From NCBI RefSeq assembly GCF_052425735.1, contig NC_135764.1:24676001-24740000 (forward strand): a stretch of DNA of 64,000 bases, read 5' to 3'. This DNA is from Oculina patagonica (lineage: Eukaryota). The notes below the pieces were generated by a model that saw only the letters and a list, made by a program, of their open reading frames with translations, searched no databases and was not told where the DNA came from. Shown piece by piece: positions 36,917 to 51,829 of the stretch. The position numbers were made by a program, and so were the translations under genes. Numbering within the stretch: the stretch's first letter is position 1; each line of letters opens with the position of its first letter.

Positions 36917-39261
36917 TTTTACAGCACCCTTATAGAAAAAAGCTTCAGTTTTATATGAAAAGTATTCAGGCAAATCAACCGTGATTTTGAAAAAAAATAA
37001 ATCAAATGGCCCAAAGGCTGAACTATATTTAAACAATTCTTTTATTTATTTACACGGGCAACGATCCGTATTTAGTTACCGAAAAGACGGATTTCAAAAT
37101 GAAAATAAACGGAAGCAGCTGCCTCTAAAACTAAGTCAATTGTTTAATCCACCCGGCAATACTTCTTTTAATTCTTTGGTTATAAAAATCCTTCCAGAAT
37201 CATAAGAAGAAATAAATTAATTCTCACGTCTAGGACGGTAGACAATTACATTTGTTTCTGGGACTCATTTTTTGTACAATTTTCTTTAGACAAATTCATT
37301 CAATTAATGCAAATAAAAAAGATCGATTGAGGTAAACAGGCAATAGTTTTGTCGCTATTTCTCATCTTCATCTTGTCTCATCTGCGCTTGATTTCTCATC
37401 TTCAAGCGGTTAACTGGGATCTGTTCCTGCCGGAACAATCACCGGGACAAAAAAATGATGTGAAGGGGAAGTAACCAAGATAAATATGGATGTTATGAAA
37501 CCATCAAGAGTAGCCAAAAAAAAAACAAGAGTAGCAAACCTTGTGGCCACTGGTACCTTGTGTCAACACTTGCCAGTATTTTTGGCTACAGCGTAAATAT
37601 AAATAGGACTTCTTGCTGCCGCAAGTCTGATGTAGTGAAACTTTAAGTGCAGAGAAAACGTCAATAAACACTGCCGGTTTTTTTCACACTGCCTTATTTG
37701 TTGCCAACGAGACAGCCGAGCCAAGAGGCGAGGCTGTCGAGGCGGCAGAATCATAGAGCCGTGTGCGTATGAGTGTATAGGCAGAGAAAATCTTAAGTTC
37801 TGCGTAAGGGACTTTTTTTTACCATATTTGGGTGTAAGTAAACCCCATATTTGGGTTGTATTGTTCTTCCCAACTGGTTCCCAGTCTCTCACTCCTTGCT
37901 AGAGAGCAAATGACCAAAATGGCGTCCACGCGGCTCGCTGTTAAAATTTTCAATGTGGTCATTCATCCCTTTACCGATAAATACACCTTTAGGGAATTAT
38001 AAATCGAAAGAGAATACCCTACAGAATATTCGACCGCCGAAAAAATGAACATCAAGGTCTTCAAAGCGATGAAATAATCTTTCGACTTTGGAGTCCTTTG
38101 ATTTACGATCGAAGAGAGACATGAAAATCAAAAGCGGACTGTTGACTTCAAATAGAGTTTTCTTGACTTATGAGAATGCTGAAGTCGGTAAATGTGTTGA
38201 TTGTGTTAATAGTAATTGTTTGACCGATGATTTATTCCAAATCAAATACCGTTTATATTTTATTTGGCACGCATTTTCGCTCCGCGTAGGAATAACATCA
38301 ATACAAAGCGACACTCACTAAAATTACTGCATGTCATACACACAAGAAAGTCAAAAGTGTTTTGCTTCTAACGGCAAATGTAATGTTAACTTGAATAAAA
38401 ATTTTGTCTCCAAATAATCCTTGACCGTTCAAGCTTTGTTTTCTGTTCAAGTTTTTCAAGTTTTGCGTAACTGAACATGACACTTCGCATGCGAGACTGA
38501 AATCTGACCCGTGCATTACTGTCTCTGATTACTGAAAATCATGATTTTTGAAAAAGCAGCTTAGCAGTATTGATTTTGGGATTTGATTTATAAGAAGTTC
38601 TTGAAATGCAACTATCCCTTTTGTGGACGGAAACATTTTAACCATCGCGTGTTGTATTTAAAAAAGAGTGATTAAACCTCATTTATTGCCTACATTTTGT
38701 GACATTTTAACGTTGAAAAGAATTTAAAGATTTGTCAAGAGTTATCAATCTGTCAAACCCGTAGCCTGCGTAGCAGACATCTGTGTACGTTTTTTAGTGC
38801 GTTTAAAAGAGTGCGCGATCGCGAGAATACGCGCGCTGGAAACTACGGCGCCTGCTACGCAGGCTATCAAGCCTGTGTCATTTATGAACACCAGAGAAAT
38901 AGCACTTTTTTTCGCATATCACCTAAAATACAATTTACCATATTTTGGTCATTTCAAATATAGTTCTATCAAAAACCATTCAATATCTGTTCTTAAGAAC
39001 AAACATGAGTATTTCGCTCGTTGGCACTTACCGATAGGTACAACTAGTTTAAATATTATAGTAAACATACAGATTAACGTCACGACATGAAGATATTTAA
39101 TATTTTAAAAGTAAAGAAGAATAAAATTTATAATAGAATGGGTGGTGGATAACCTTTAATATCCGTTGTCAACAACTCTCGGTCCATCTTTATGGTCTCA
39201 TATTTACGGCTCTAACCTAAATATTATTGTACTTTATGTTGTTACATGTCTATTCATAAAT

Positions 39262-39874
39262 TTAACCTTTTCACTCCTAAACGCGCATTCAGGCGCTATT
39301 TGGAGGTGCAGTCATTGATTCACTTGTGACGTCACTAATTAGCACGTCAGTGGAATTTCGTGATAAGAATCTGATAGAGCTTGAATCGACCTTTCTACAG
39401 GACTGTTCATTTTGAATATCAGTTGCATTCTGACAGAGCTAATCAAAGAAAAACAAAATCCATTTTTGGTGCAAAATCGTTGCTAAACAGGCCAGTACAC
39501 CTGTAATTGGTCAAGGTCCCCTTTTCAGGGTTTTCCATTGATAATGTCAAAACTTTTTTGGCCAAAAGATAGGATATGAAGAGTAGAAAGTAACGAGAAT
39601 AAGAAAGCGAAAAAAAGGAAGCAAAAGGGGCAAAAATAAAATTTGGAACGGTTCAGCAAAAAAAAAAAAAAAAAAGTCCAAATTTTGGATTATGCGCATG
39701 CACTAACGTAAAATATTGTACATTTTTACACAGAATCTTTATGAAAATGTTGCTGAAGTGTAAAAAAGTGCTTCTTTAGCAAAGTTGAGGTAAATTCCAG
39801 ACCATAGCACCAAAATTTCAGTTTAGCGGCTAAAAAAACGCGTTTTGGAGGAAAATTTGGGGGTCAAAGGGTTA
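39262..39874. mobile_element. piggyBac-like non-autonomous element
   Basis: Flanked by TTAA; imperfect TIRs CCTTTTCACTCC / GGGGTCAAAGGG. Confidence 0.5.
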
Positions 39875-41152
39875 ATGTCCAGTTTATCTCAGTAGAGCTT
39901 GTTCTTTGTTTCATATGTCATCTTGTTTAGTAATTGGGATGACACGTTACGATGTAGTTGTCTGAAATGCTACTTTGGTAATCATTGCTCGCTGTTTAAC
40001 CATGATTAAAGAAATATATTTATATTACAAAAAAAAGAAGCTTTGTTTGGGTAAGCTCATTAAAACAGGTACGTGCACCAAGTCATCTTTCCACTCAGTT
40101 TAATGATCTTGCAATTGACGATACAAAGGTTGCTACAAGCTTAGTATAAGAGTGTATAATTCATATCAATCCCTGACATCATTAACTTGTTACGGTTTAC
40201 GCCAACAAATATTGTATTTACCTTACACACATGAACGATTATTCAGCAAGAGTGGAAATTCAACTTTCCGATCCTGTCACACAGTTTTGTGTTTCTGTCA
40301 TGTTATTGCTCTTTTCAAAAAAGGATTCTTCGTCCATTGCGGTCAAAATCAATCAGGGAAAATAAACTGAGTTTTGTGTCCACTCTCAACGTGTCATCAG
40401 CGAGACTTAAACAACCGCTCTTGAGACTTGGGATGAGGTAGGGACAAAGAAGGCTTCCTTTGTCACCGCAAAAAGTTGTTAAACATATAAGGCAAATAAC
40501 TGTACTAAAATACATTTGTCCTATCTAAAAAAAAGGTCTAAACCATCCTGATCTGTGCTCAAGTGCAGAATTCCATAATTGTTTTATATCATAATGGAGA
40601 GACTAATCAGAAATTAATCAATTTCGAGGAGTTGGTAACCTTGGTGAGAAATCTCGGTGCAGAAAACATGATCTACCATGAATAGGCAAATTATTTACAT
40701 AATGTACAGCGGATATCTTCCAAACCCTAAGTGTAAGAGCAAGGAATTGCTTCATGTTGAAGCAGGAGGCCGGGTTTTCCTCTGATGTATTTCGGGCAAA
40801 GCCCTCCTGTAACGTGGCTGTCTCTTGTCATTGCCCATGTAGTATTACCTTATTCGGTTATTAATATTGATATCACTCACAAGCATTTTGTCGCTTACCC
40901 TACAATCTCGGTACAGAAAACTTATTGTCGTTCGTCCATGCACAGACACAGAGTAAGTAATCCTTTAAGTACAATGCAGAAAGCTGGATAGGTACGCAGG
41001 CAAGCAATCGAGCAGGCAGGCAGACAGGTAGGCAAGTGTCGCCACTAAGTGAGCAAAAGTGAGCACTAAAACATTTGAAGCGTTCAAAAATCAATTAAAT
41101 AAAGGTTAGCTAGCTTCAACTAACCATGCTTTGGCGAAGGCGTAATTTGATA

Positions 41153-41370
41153 TACCTTACTGTTACTTATTTTCGCGGGACTTAATTTTCGCGATTTTTA
41201 AAAAAAGTCGCGAAATTAAAGACCCGAGAAAATTTATTTTTAACGTTTTTATTGTATTTTTTATGTTTTAAACGTATTTTTTGCCAATTCGCGAAAATAA
41301 AGTCCCGCGAAATATGCCCGTTCCATTTTCGCGAAATTAAGTTCCCGCGAAAATAAGTAACAATAAGGTC
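41153..41370. mobile_element. ~215-bp MITE
   Basis: TIRs ACCTTACTGTTACTTATTTTCGCGGGA / TCCCGCGAAAATAAGTAACAATAAGGT. Confidence 0.85.
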
Positions 41371-41618
41371 ATTCGGAGTCACTTGCTGTTTGGTTTCATA
41401 GACTCTCTTTCTCAGTACATTTTGAAAATTGTAAGATACTGAAGTTGTAAGCATCGGCTCAATATATGTTCGTAGTTACAATCACACATTCGTGAGAGCC
41501 AATTAACCAATAAAGTTAAAATCATATTTGAGCGGTGCAAGATCTGAAATGGTTATGAGCATTAAACCTTCGTCAGATCTTTAAAGTCTGCAACATTCCG
41601 GCTTATTTTCATTTTTAC

Positions 41619-44509
41619 CTAAGGTCCTCCAAACCACTGCTGAGTTGTGGACGTTGGCGACGAGCAGCAGCGGAACTGAGGATTGTGAAGATTATAGAAT
41701 CCGAAGTTATCTTCAAATTCAACTCCTCCAGCTTGACCATTGAAGTCACAGGTTAAGATCCAACTATCGATATGAAAATCATACAGTTCACTATACCCTG
41801 TCACAGCTGTGCAGTTCATGCATGTTATTCCCCGGATGTTTACCAGCTCAAACCATCGGCACATTACTGCTACATCCGGGACGGCAAACAAATCCAATCT
41901 GTCCAGCGACGTGCGAGCATAATCTTGGTAATCCACGCCGTCGGTCGGGAAGTTACAAGTGGCTCGCCAGTGAGTGGAGGAATTCCCGATGTACCTCATG
42001 CGGGACATTGACAGGCGGTAGCTGTCCCATTCAGGCGCATCTTGGTTGATTGGCATGTCGTGCAGGTAGAACGCTTTGCTTTTGAACGCGCCAATGTTTT
42101 CGAGAGAGTAGGACTGGATCAGTGTCCATGCGAAACCAGGCTCGGAACTAAAGTCGCAGTAGACTGGGAATGACTGGTTGTGTTGGTCCATAATGAAGAA
42201 GACTCCGTTGATTTTCAGATTGTTTGACAACATGATGTCTTTACATGACCGAGCAAGGAATTGACACTTGTGTCCCATGTAGCCCAGAGGACATGTGCAG
42301 TTGAATCTTCTTTGATTGACGTCACAAATCTCACTGCACGTGCCGCCATGTTGACAGGGAGCGGAGTCACAGCACTCGTTATGACAGACTGGTTCAGAGC
42401 AGGTCTGGTGAACAACACCCTAGGAAACAAGAAAGCAATTATAAGAATTTGTTGCTGCGGCCATACTGCGGACTGGAGCTGCTCCATCCCAATAGATGCA
42501 AGAAATACCAGCTCTGTAATGACATTTAAATCTAAATTAAAACACAGTTGATAGGAAACACAGGCATTTTCTATGATAAAGTTTTGAACATTGTAAGTTA
42601 TCATACCACAGGATATTTTTATTTCTTTCACTTATAGATCATTTTTTGAGCTATCAGCCTCAATTGTTTACCTTTGGAAAATTTTGTGAGCGCCACTATC
42701 AAAACAAACCATTTGGGGGTTACTTGGAAAACGTGCGAATTGATGCCTTGTAACGTGGACTGGTAGTCAGACAAGTGTTTCTCAAAACCTTGTCTTAAGA
42801 AATCGAGGCGGTGGGTTCAAACTGATTAAATAACGTTTTGTATAGGGAACCATGTTCCTCTTTAATTGTTTCTCTTATCCTCCCTTTACTTTGATACCAT
42901 TTATCTAGTTACTTATCTCAACAAAAGCGAGCAGTTGTCAGCCTGAAGATTGATTCAAACTTACGATGAGGAAGCTGGAATACCACAAAGTTCACCTTTT
43001 TCTAGCTTTCTTTATATTTGCGACAAAACACTCACACTCCAGTAACACCTTTCATTTTAACACGCTGTTTCTTAATTGTTTGTTTGTTTTTTCTCTGAAA
43101 CTGCATTCCTAATCTCAGTGATACAGTTTCACTGATCTGTAACTGATCCAGTCACCTAGTTCTATTTTTTAGTTTTGTCGCGGAGGTTTATGACGCAGTG
43201 ATCGATACCGACCATCCAGGATGTACTCGGACATCGCCTTTATGTGCAAAACCTTCGAATTCTGCACCCTCTCTACTCCCTTTATTCTTTTCATCGTTGT
43301 AGGTTGATTCAGGGTGGCCTGAGTGGACGCTGGATCGGCAAGATAATACAGATATTGACGGATTCCATGCACCAGACAATCATCCTTAATTAGTCATCCT
43401 TGAATTAGCAATCCCTGCTGTTGCTGGTTCGCAACAAAAATCTTGTGACCTTCTTTGATGTTGTTAATCAACTCAAGTTACGTCTTATTTATTTTACCTG
43501 GCCTACACCCCCTCTACACGGTTATCACTTCTCATTTCTTCCATGTGTGCACAATTTTTCTTGATTTGCGTTGAATCAATTGCAACGTGGTAGCATAATG
43601 AAGGAAAACAGAAAGCCTGTTCAAGTAGATGAGATCATCGCGCATCGGGCTCCAGGTCGATACAAGGCAAGGCATTGAAGGTGCCTAGATCCTCGCATGC
43701 AAGAAGTAGCTTAAGAGTCGTTTACAGGCACTTGATTTGATTTTGCCACAGACCATCGATGCCTGCCAAAGCAGCCTTGAAGGTCCTTCAGCGATCCCAC
43801 AACAACTTGGCACAATTAATTTTAGGCAAAAATCAAGTTAAAAACAGCAGATCATCACTAGTTCTTCTGAAGGACCTCCGATGCTATGGTACTATCATAA
43901 ATGAATCAGATCCCGGCTTCGTTTGTAATATCACACTCATAAAAAAGGATTCTGTGCATGCTTTGATGTAATGAAATTTAAAAAAAAACACTATTTTTTG
44001 ACACGACATTTCATAAACAAATATTTGATCAGACTCCTAAAATTTGAAAACCCGATATAGTATTGCGAAAGTGTAGTAATCAGTCTACTTGCAAAGTTGG
44101 TATTAAAGACATTTAAAACATTATTGAGAACTATTTACTTACATGTTTGTCGTAATAATTCCGGACTATTTCGTAGTATGTGACTCCTTCCTTTTCTTTC
44201 AGCGCTTTTGGTGTCAGTTTAGTGTTAGCGTCGCTAAGTTGACAGTTTTCTGTTTTGTTGACTTCGTTAACATTAAACGAGAGACACTGACATTTCTTCA
44301 AACATATGTTGAAACATTCCTCCCAGCTTTGGACGCTGAAAACCTCAATAACATACCCATTGAGTGTATAGTGTATAGTTAAGCTTGGTGTTGGTACTGA
44401 GTGAAAGAGACGTTTTCTCGCACATTTCACTTGCACACTGACAGTTGGAATTTGCGATGGCAAGAAGTAGAATGAGGAACAACGATACAAAGTCAAGAAC
44501 ACGAGTCAT
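41619..44509 (-). pseudogene. G1: signal peptide-PAN/apple-EGF-FReD-like gene with frameshifted exon 1 (exons 44143-44509, 41619-42419)
   Basis: Exon 1 is 367 nt versus 360 nt in the three paralogs because of a 7-bp tandem duplication (CTATACA) near 44365-44378, giving an early stop; exon 2 is open. Confidence 0.85.
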
Positions 44510-45607
44510 TTTGAAGAGCACTGTCGTTCTGCTGGCAGAAGTTGGAAATATGACACTCATATAAGCGGGACTGGTATGTCAATCTCTACCGATTGCAGTC
44601 TGTGCTTTAATTTAAAAATCACATGAATAATAAACTAGAATAACTTGACTATTGGAAGTTTATGTGTACGTCTATTTAATATTTACGAACTACTTTACAT
44701 GCAATTGTCAACGGTGCAAAATTGAGTGGGTCGAATTTGTTACCAAATAGAGATATTCTGAGGCGGATGTTAAGATCCCGAATCTACTATTCCGACTTAT
44801 TAAGGTTTTGGAAGTAATTAACATATTGTGATTCTTCAATTTTAATTAAACACAGACTTTCTTTTCAAAAGCAAGCCTAAATTTCAAGATTGTATTGGAC
44901 AAAACAAAGTTTAAATTATTAATGCCTTACATTTAGGTACAAGAAAAGAGTTTGAGTTTTTGACATGTTTTTGTCCATGACTACTAAGCAAGTTCCAAGG
45001 ATAAGTTTAATGCAATGTTTTGTAGTCAGAGATCAATTTAACTTTAACTATTACTATCGTAATTTAACCTTTTTATCTCTTTGTAGAGACGGATTCATTT
45101 GAAGCGCGTGAGAACCAAAACAGGTTTTTGAGCTGATTTTGACACACAGTTTCGAAAACATCCAATGAAATAACAAGTGGTATCGCTTGTTTTTCGTTTT
45201 GAATTATGTATTAGCTCAATAGTTTCTGCGGGACAGGGTCAGATTACCGCTGATATTTTCATTACCTTGAATTCAGAAGGTTACAGTTTTGGCTCGAATT
45301 TTTAGTGTTATTCAATTATTGTATTTTAGTATTTCAATAAAACAAAGATGTAGGTTCTGGAATCTCGTACCGTCATTCCTTATAAAGATTTTATCATTAA
45401 CTTTGCTGTAATGTCTACATAAAATGTGATGAACATGAATTGGTTGCGTAGTTATAGATAAGTCATTGCTAGTGTTCTCCAACACCCCACCCAGTTTGTG
45501 CAGAAAATTAATAATAAACGAGAAAAATATTTTTAGGCGAAACGCCCGACATTAAAGTAGTGTTAACAATATCGAGGTTTGTTTAGTTTTTTCAAGTTGT
45601 ATAATAT

Positions 45608-45900
45608 TATTGCGGTTTTCATTGAAATGCGAACTCTGAAATTCAACCTCAATCAACGGTTTACACTTTTTGCTGCCGTCAATCATCTTAGCTGACCTCT
45701 TGGGAAACGGACGTTCACTTCAACCGGGTCAAAAGGTCTCATCTGTCAGTTGTGATTGGTAGATTTCGATCCATTTTGTTTGTTTTCGTTTTTCATGGTT
45801 CGTTGGCTGTCGCCATAATCATGATTGACGGCAGCGAAAAACGCAATCGTTAGGTGGATTTTGAATATCAGAGTTCGCATTTCACTGAAAACCGCAATAA
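45608..45900. mobile_element. ~290-bp MITE
   Basis: TIRs TTATTGCGGTTTTCA.TGAAATGCGAACTCTGA / TCAGAGTTCGCATTTCACTGAAAACCGCAATAA; absent from the paralogous region near 57325. Confidence 0.85.
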
Positions 45901-47504
45901 GAGAAATCGTTGAACAGATAACAACTTATTGTCGGTAACATTTGTTGAGGAATTGTCATCTGGGAGGGGTTGTAGAGGGATTTAGTCAAGGATTGATCAT
46001 GTGGCAGATACTTTATTGAAAAAGACTCCTGGCTTCCTTTGTACGTAATTCGTCTGCTGGAAAGGTTGGGAAAAAACGCACAAAAACCACAGTCGTGTTT
46101 AAAGTCACTTTAATCATTTGGAAAATTTGCAACGCTAAATTTAGATGGGACATAAAAAAGAGCGAAATTAAAATCATTCCCTTATTATATTTAAGTCACT
46201 ACGGAAAACCAATGCAAAACATGAACAAAACAGACAATTACTGCTTTAAAAGCCTGGTAAAAAGCAATGAATGTTCGCGTCACATTTAAATCAATGACAA
46301 ATTAATTTGATCCCATGCCAAGTGGTCTCAAAAATCTTTTTCAAAGAAATATATGTCCAAAATCTGCTTATATTAAGTCATGAAAATTTTGGCATTAAGA
46401 TTTAAATTTAACTGTTAGCGAATCAGTGAAAAACAGACCTACAATATTTACTTTACACAAATGAACACTAATTCAAGAAGAGAAGAAATCATATTTCCCG
46501 ATCGATATCATTTCATAATTATTACGTGTGAATATTTCTGCCACGTTATTGTTGTTTAACATCTTCTCCTTTCATGTTCAATTAATTTAACATTGGAAAA
46601 TTGAATTAGGAAAAAAAAAGAGTTTTGCGTTAACTCTCAACGTGTCATTACCGAGACATAAACAACCGCTCTTGAGTCTTAAGATGAGAAAGGAACGCAG
46701 ATACCTTTGTCACCGCAAGATACCGCTGGAGGTGATTACGATATAAAGTCGAATAACTGCAACTAAGAGGCATGTGCACTGTCAATAGAGACACAAAAAA
46801 GTGAGAAGCCTTCAGATCCTCAAATTCCCCTTAATAATCATCGCATATTTAGATAGGTGGACTTAATTTAGCATCGAAGAATTGATAGATCGAGTGTTTG
46901 GGAAGTGAAAGCAAAAGTTGGTCATTTTTGGAAAGTAGGGACAAATTATTTACAATATATACACCCAAAAGGAACAATTAACCTGAGATTTTTCAAATCT
47001 CAAATTAAAGACCGTCGCCGCTTCCAGGTGAGGTGGACAATTCAGGGCCGTAACCAGACCTCCTCCATAGGCGAGGCAAGATCTTGCAAGGGGGTTATGG
47101 GCGCAGGTCCTCCGAAAAAAATTAAAATTTAGAGGCTCTGAATCTCTTTCAGAATATTTTTTTCTTTAGGCATTCCTTGAGAAAAATCAGTTGTTCAACT
47201 GGCGAATATTTTCCCAACAAACCATATTTTGTGTTTTATTTTGGGTAAAAATCTACACGAGTCAAGTGCCTCGTCAGCCTCTTGCTAGTTACGGCTCTGC
47301 AATTGTACTCTATAGACCATTGGTATACATGGATTTTAAAAAGGCTCAAAATTTAGTTTTAACTGACAAGCAAGAACCACAACAACGCAGCACGACAACT
47401 TCTTCCAGCATAATCCCAAAATTAAGCAAGTTCAAAAAATGGGGTAATTCTGATATTGAACAATCACTTGAAGCGTCTTTGGCATTAACTTTGGTCGGGC
47501 ATGT

Positions 47505-50050
47505 CTAAAGACTTCCTAGCCAGAACTGAGTTGTGGAACTCATAGAGGACGTGCAGCGAAAAGCGGGGTTCTGTGTTTGGTAGAAACCAAAGTTGTCTTC
47601 GTCAAATATTCCTCCACCGAAATCGCAGCCTTGATCTGGGCCAAAATGACTGTCCATATGAAGGGCACATCCATAAAAACCGTAACCAATCAGGACTGTG
47701 CAATTGTAACACTCGTCTCCTCGGACATTGACAAATTCGGTCAGAAGACAAAAACCAGTTGAATTAGGTTCCACTAGCAAATCCAAACTTTCCAACGACA
47801 CACGCCAATAATCTCGGTAGTCCACGCCATCAGTCGGGAAATTACAAGTAGCTCGCCAGTGAGTGGAAACATCCCGGATGGACTTCATACGGGACATTGA
47901 CAGGCGGTAGCTGTTCCACTCGGGCATTCCTTGGTTGATTGGCATGTCGTGCAGGTAGAACGGTTTAAAGCTGAACGCGTCATTGTTTTCTAAAGAGTGG
48001 GACTGGATAAGAGTCCACGCGACACCAGGTTCAGAACTAAAGTCGCAGTAGACTGGGAATGATTTGTCGTGTTGATCCACAATGAAGTAGACTCCATTGA
48101 TATGTTCTGTGTTAGTCATCATAATGTCTTTACATGCACGGGCTGGGAATTGACATTTGTGTCCCGTGTAGCCCGGAGGACATGTGCAGCTAAATCTTCT
48201 TCGGTTGATGTCACATACCTCACTGCACGTGCCGCCATGTTGACAGGGGACGAAGTCACAGCACTCGTTATGACAGGCTGGTTCAGAGCAGGTCTGGTGG
48301 GCAACACCCTAGTAGAGAGAAGAAAAAATAAATTTCAACAAACAAGATACGATTCAGAAAACCAATGTCCACCATCAGTGACTGTAATAAATTGAAAAAT
48401 AATTCAAATAAAGCCGTCAACTCCCATTGAACTTGTAAATAAATCCCATTCTGTGTTTGCAACGTTTTTAAGGGGAAAGGGAGTAATAGTTCATCGTTAA
48501 CGAGGGATGGGGGGGGGGGGGGGGAGGGGAGAAGTAGATTCTTCGATGTACCTTAATAAACACAAATTTGTAGATAAGTAATTTTGAAAAAAGAGTAGAT
48601 GTCTCAAATGTGCAAAATCCGTTACGGCATTGCGAAATTATGCCGAAACCTTTGTATTAGCATGTATATAAATATTACGTCCACTTCGCTCAAGAGAATC
48701 TGAAAGGAATTGTTTGGCTTGGGAAAGCCCTTTTAAAAACGTGAGGGAAAACTCCAATTCTGGGGGAACACGCTGGCTGCGGGAAGGCCGGGATCTATAT
48801 GTAGAGTTTGAATTATTCAGAGACGTAAGAGATAAATTTGCTCCAACAGTAGACTTTACTCCCAACACATAACATAAGAATATTTTACAAGGCACTCCTA
48901 TTTATACACTAACTAGGGACACTATTTTTAAAAACATAATTAAACTTTCCTAATATCCATTGGTTGTCGTTAATCCTAGTTTTGAGACATTAATTACTTA
49001 CAAAATCGCGCAGGTGGATTACAGCTTTCTACAGGTTGTACTTACAATTAAACACTTTTTTAAAGTAATGATTTCACGGACAGTAAACACAAGGGCAGGT
49101 ACTAGTTTGGCTAATGAAATAAAGCATTAACCTGCCAAAACAATATTTCTACGCTGGATTTTCTATGTTTTTTTTTTAACAGCTAGGCTTGTAAACAAAT
49201 AAAACTTAATCATCGTTATTTCTCTCCTAACAATTGGGTAGATATACAGAGGCAACTCCAAATATGTTATTAATATTGCCAAATCCACCGGATTGGAAAT
49301 TAACAATATTTCGCTACAACATCAAACAAATTTTTTCAAAGTCGGAAATTTTCCAAAATTTGTTTATATCTTTCTTTCGATTTTTATTTGTTTACAAAAA
49401 AACCCTTCCTCCTTATCATTGTCGCGGTTACGGTTTCTTGATAGTTTCAACCTTTTTTCTCTTAATTTTAAATATTAATTTTTCAATATTATTATTTTCT
49501 TTATTTTTAATATTAATATATATATATATTATTTTTTTATGCATTGTAAGCCGCTTAACACTTAAATGGATAAGCGCTATATAAATTTTATTGTATTTTA
49601 TTGAATTTCTCATGGAGCATAAAATCTTAGTTAACAATCAATAAAAATAGCTATTAGAAATACGACTCACATGGAGAACTGTTTACTTACATTCTTGTCG
49701 TAATAATTTCTCACTGGCTCGTAAAAGATAACTCCTTCCTTTTCTCTCAGTGCTTCTGGTGCCAGTTTAGTGTTAGCATCGTTCAGCTCACAGTTTTCAG
49801 TCGTGTTGACCTCGTTGAAGTTGAACGAGAGACACTGACAGTTTTTCAAACATGTGTTAAAACAAACCTGCCAGTTCTCGAGGCTTAAAGTGTCTATAAC
49901 ATAACCATCAAGTGAATAGTTATGCTTGGTGTTGGCTCTGAGTGAAAGAGACGTTTTCTCGCACATTTCACTCACACACTGACAGTTGAAGTTAGCGACG
50001 GTAAGTAGTAGAATGGTAAGCACCGCTAGAAAACCAAAAACATTGGCCAT
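47505..50050 (-). CDS. G2: secreted PAN/apple-EGF-FReD-like protein, 387 aa; exons 49691-50050, 47505-48308
   Basis: Signal peptide MANVFGFLAVLTILLLTVA; PAN pattern CFNTCLKNCQCLSFNF...NCELN; EGF CCDFVPCQHGGTC...CTCPPGYTGHKC; FReD-like CKD...GVYFI...VYCDF...WTLIQS; phase-0 GT-AG intron. Confidence 0.9.
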
Positions 50051-51829
50051 TTGGAAGGGCGCTGATTTCTTGCTGAAAGATAAATGAGTCGACAATAGCA
50101 CGGCGATCAGATGTACGTGTCTGTCGGGTTGAGTGTTTGTACTTCTGATGAATTGCAACTGGTATTTATTTTTATTAGACAGATGCATGAATAACTCATA
50201 GGATAATTGAATATCAATGTATGTATGTAACTGTATGTGTGAAATATGCAAATGAATTAAAAAAATCCTCGGTAGTCATTAGGAGTTATTAGGCGCTACG
50301 TTTAATTCACTTTTACTAGTCATTAGGAGTTATTAGGCGCTACGTTTAATTCACTTTTACTATCACAGTATACTGTTGTCTTTATTTCTTTACAGTTCAC
50401 TGCCATAAATAATCATACTGAGTTATTCATTACCCTGGAGCAGCATATATCAATATTTCCTGTCATTCGCCACAGGCAGGCCAAACATATCCCTGTGTTA
50501 TAGACACAGGCAATCCAAGCACACGCCACCGACCGCCTCATGGCATAAGGCGATCGACTTACGTCATCGCCTAAAAAGGATAACCGAATCCGATGCCAAC
50601 TCGCATTCGCATATTGCTTTCAGTTATCACTGCTGTAGATAGATAGGAACTCGTTCAAAAAACTGTCGCCAAGTGAATCTGGATTAACAATCCTGACGTA
50701 GAAACTAAACTCTATAACAGACGTGTTCCTTTGTCACAGCAAGAAACTGGTGAAAATGATTTTGATATATAGGCAAATAACTGCAACTAAAAAGCATGTC
50801 CTATCTTTAGAAGTCTGAACCCTTCAGATTCATGTTCAAGTACTGATTCTTTCCCCGGATCGATATCTATTTTCATTAGGGGGAATTGATTAGAAATTAG
50901 GAAATTTCGACAAGTTGGTAAACTTGGCGAGATATATAATCAGTTGATTAGAGAAAATAGTCGTTGATCATTTCTATCACGGGAAGACAAATTATTTACA
51001 AAAATGTACAGACAGATAGCTTCCGAACCCTGATTGGAAGAACAAGGAATTGTTCTTCACACTAATGATATATTTTATATTTCGTACATGTGACTAGACG
51101 AACGACAACGAGTCTTCTGTTCCGAGTCTTTCGTACACCAAAATTCTCAGTTAAGAAACGATAAATTAGTAATATTAATAACCGAGAATGGAATTACTTT
51201 ACGGGAAATAACAAGAGACTCTCACGATGCGAGAAGACAGTTCCTGGAAGTGGATAGCTGGTTAATTACGTAAGCAAGTAACTAAGCACTGGCAAGCAGG
51301 CAGGCAGGCAAGCAGGCAGGCAGGCAAGTGTCGCTAAGATAAAAAATTATAAGTAAGCACTAAAACATTTGTGACGTTTAAAAATAAACAAAAAAGGTAA
51401 GCTAGCTACAACGAATCATGTCATTTGAAAGACGTAGTTTGATTTAATTGGAAATCATTTTCTGTTAAAGTTCAGAGACTCCACTATACGTTAAAGCGAT
51501 TATTAGGCCGTTTTAATAAAAACACACAAGGAATACAATCTATTAGTCTGTAGGCTTGCATAACCTTAAAGATGTTGTGGAGCAATTGATGGTGCCCTCG
51601 TTAAGAAATAGATAAATTAATGAACGTAGTTTGGTGCCCAGTTTGAGATTAATTCGAATTCATTATAACAAACTGTTACTTAAGGTCACATACGTGGGAG
51701 CCAAACAAATAATTAATTTTGAAATGGTCAGTAAGCTTTGAAAGCCTAAAGAGTCTATTCAAACTACAACTCTGAAGAAAAATACATTTGAGTGAATTTT
51801 TATGACAGCCGAATCTTTAAAATGTACAA

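Noticed and set aside
37916-38200. Possible first exon at CAAAATGGCG (MASTRLAVKIF...)
   Set aside because: Stops after 27 codons with no clear donor; probably decayed transposon sequence.
43169-43379. Small ORFs in the G1 intron
   Set aside because: At most a faint resemblance to a LINE RT C-terminus (IKGVERVQ...EYIL); too degraded to call.
49667-50251. Extended N-termini of ORF-track proteins (also 55839-56306, 53942-54796, 59913-60734, 10323-11030)
   Set aside because: Paralog comparison places the starts at 50050 and 56210; the other extensions are intron sequence upstream of splice acceptors.
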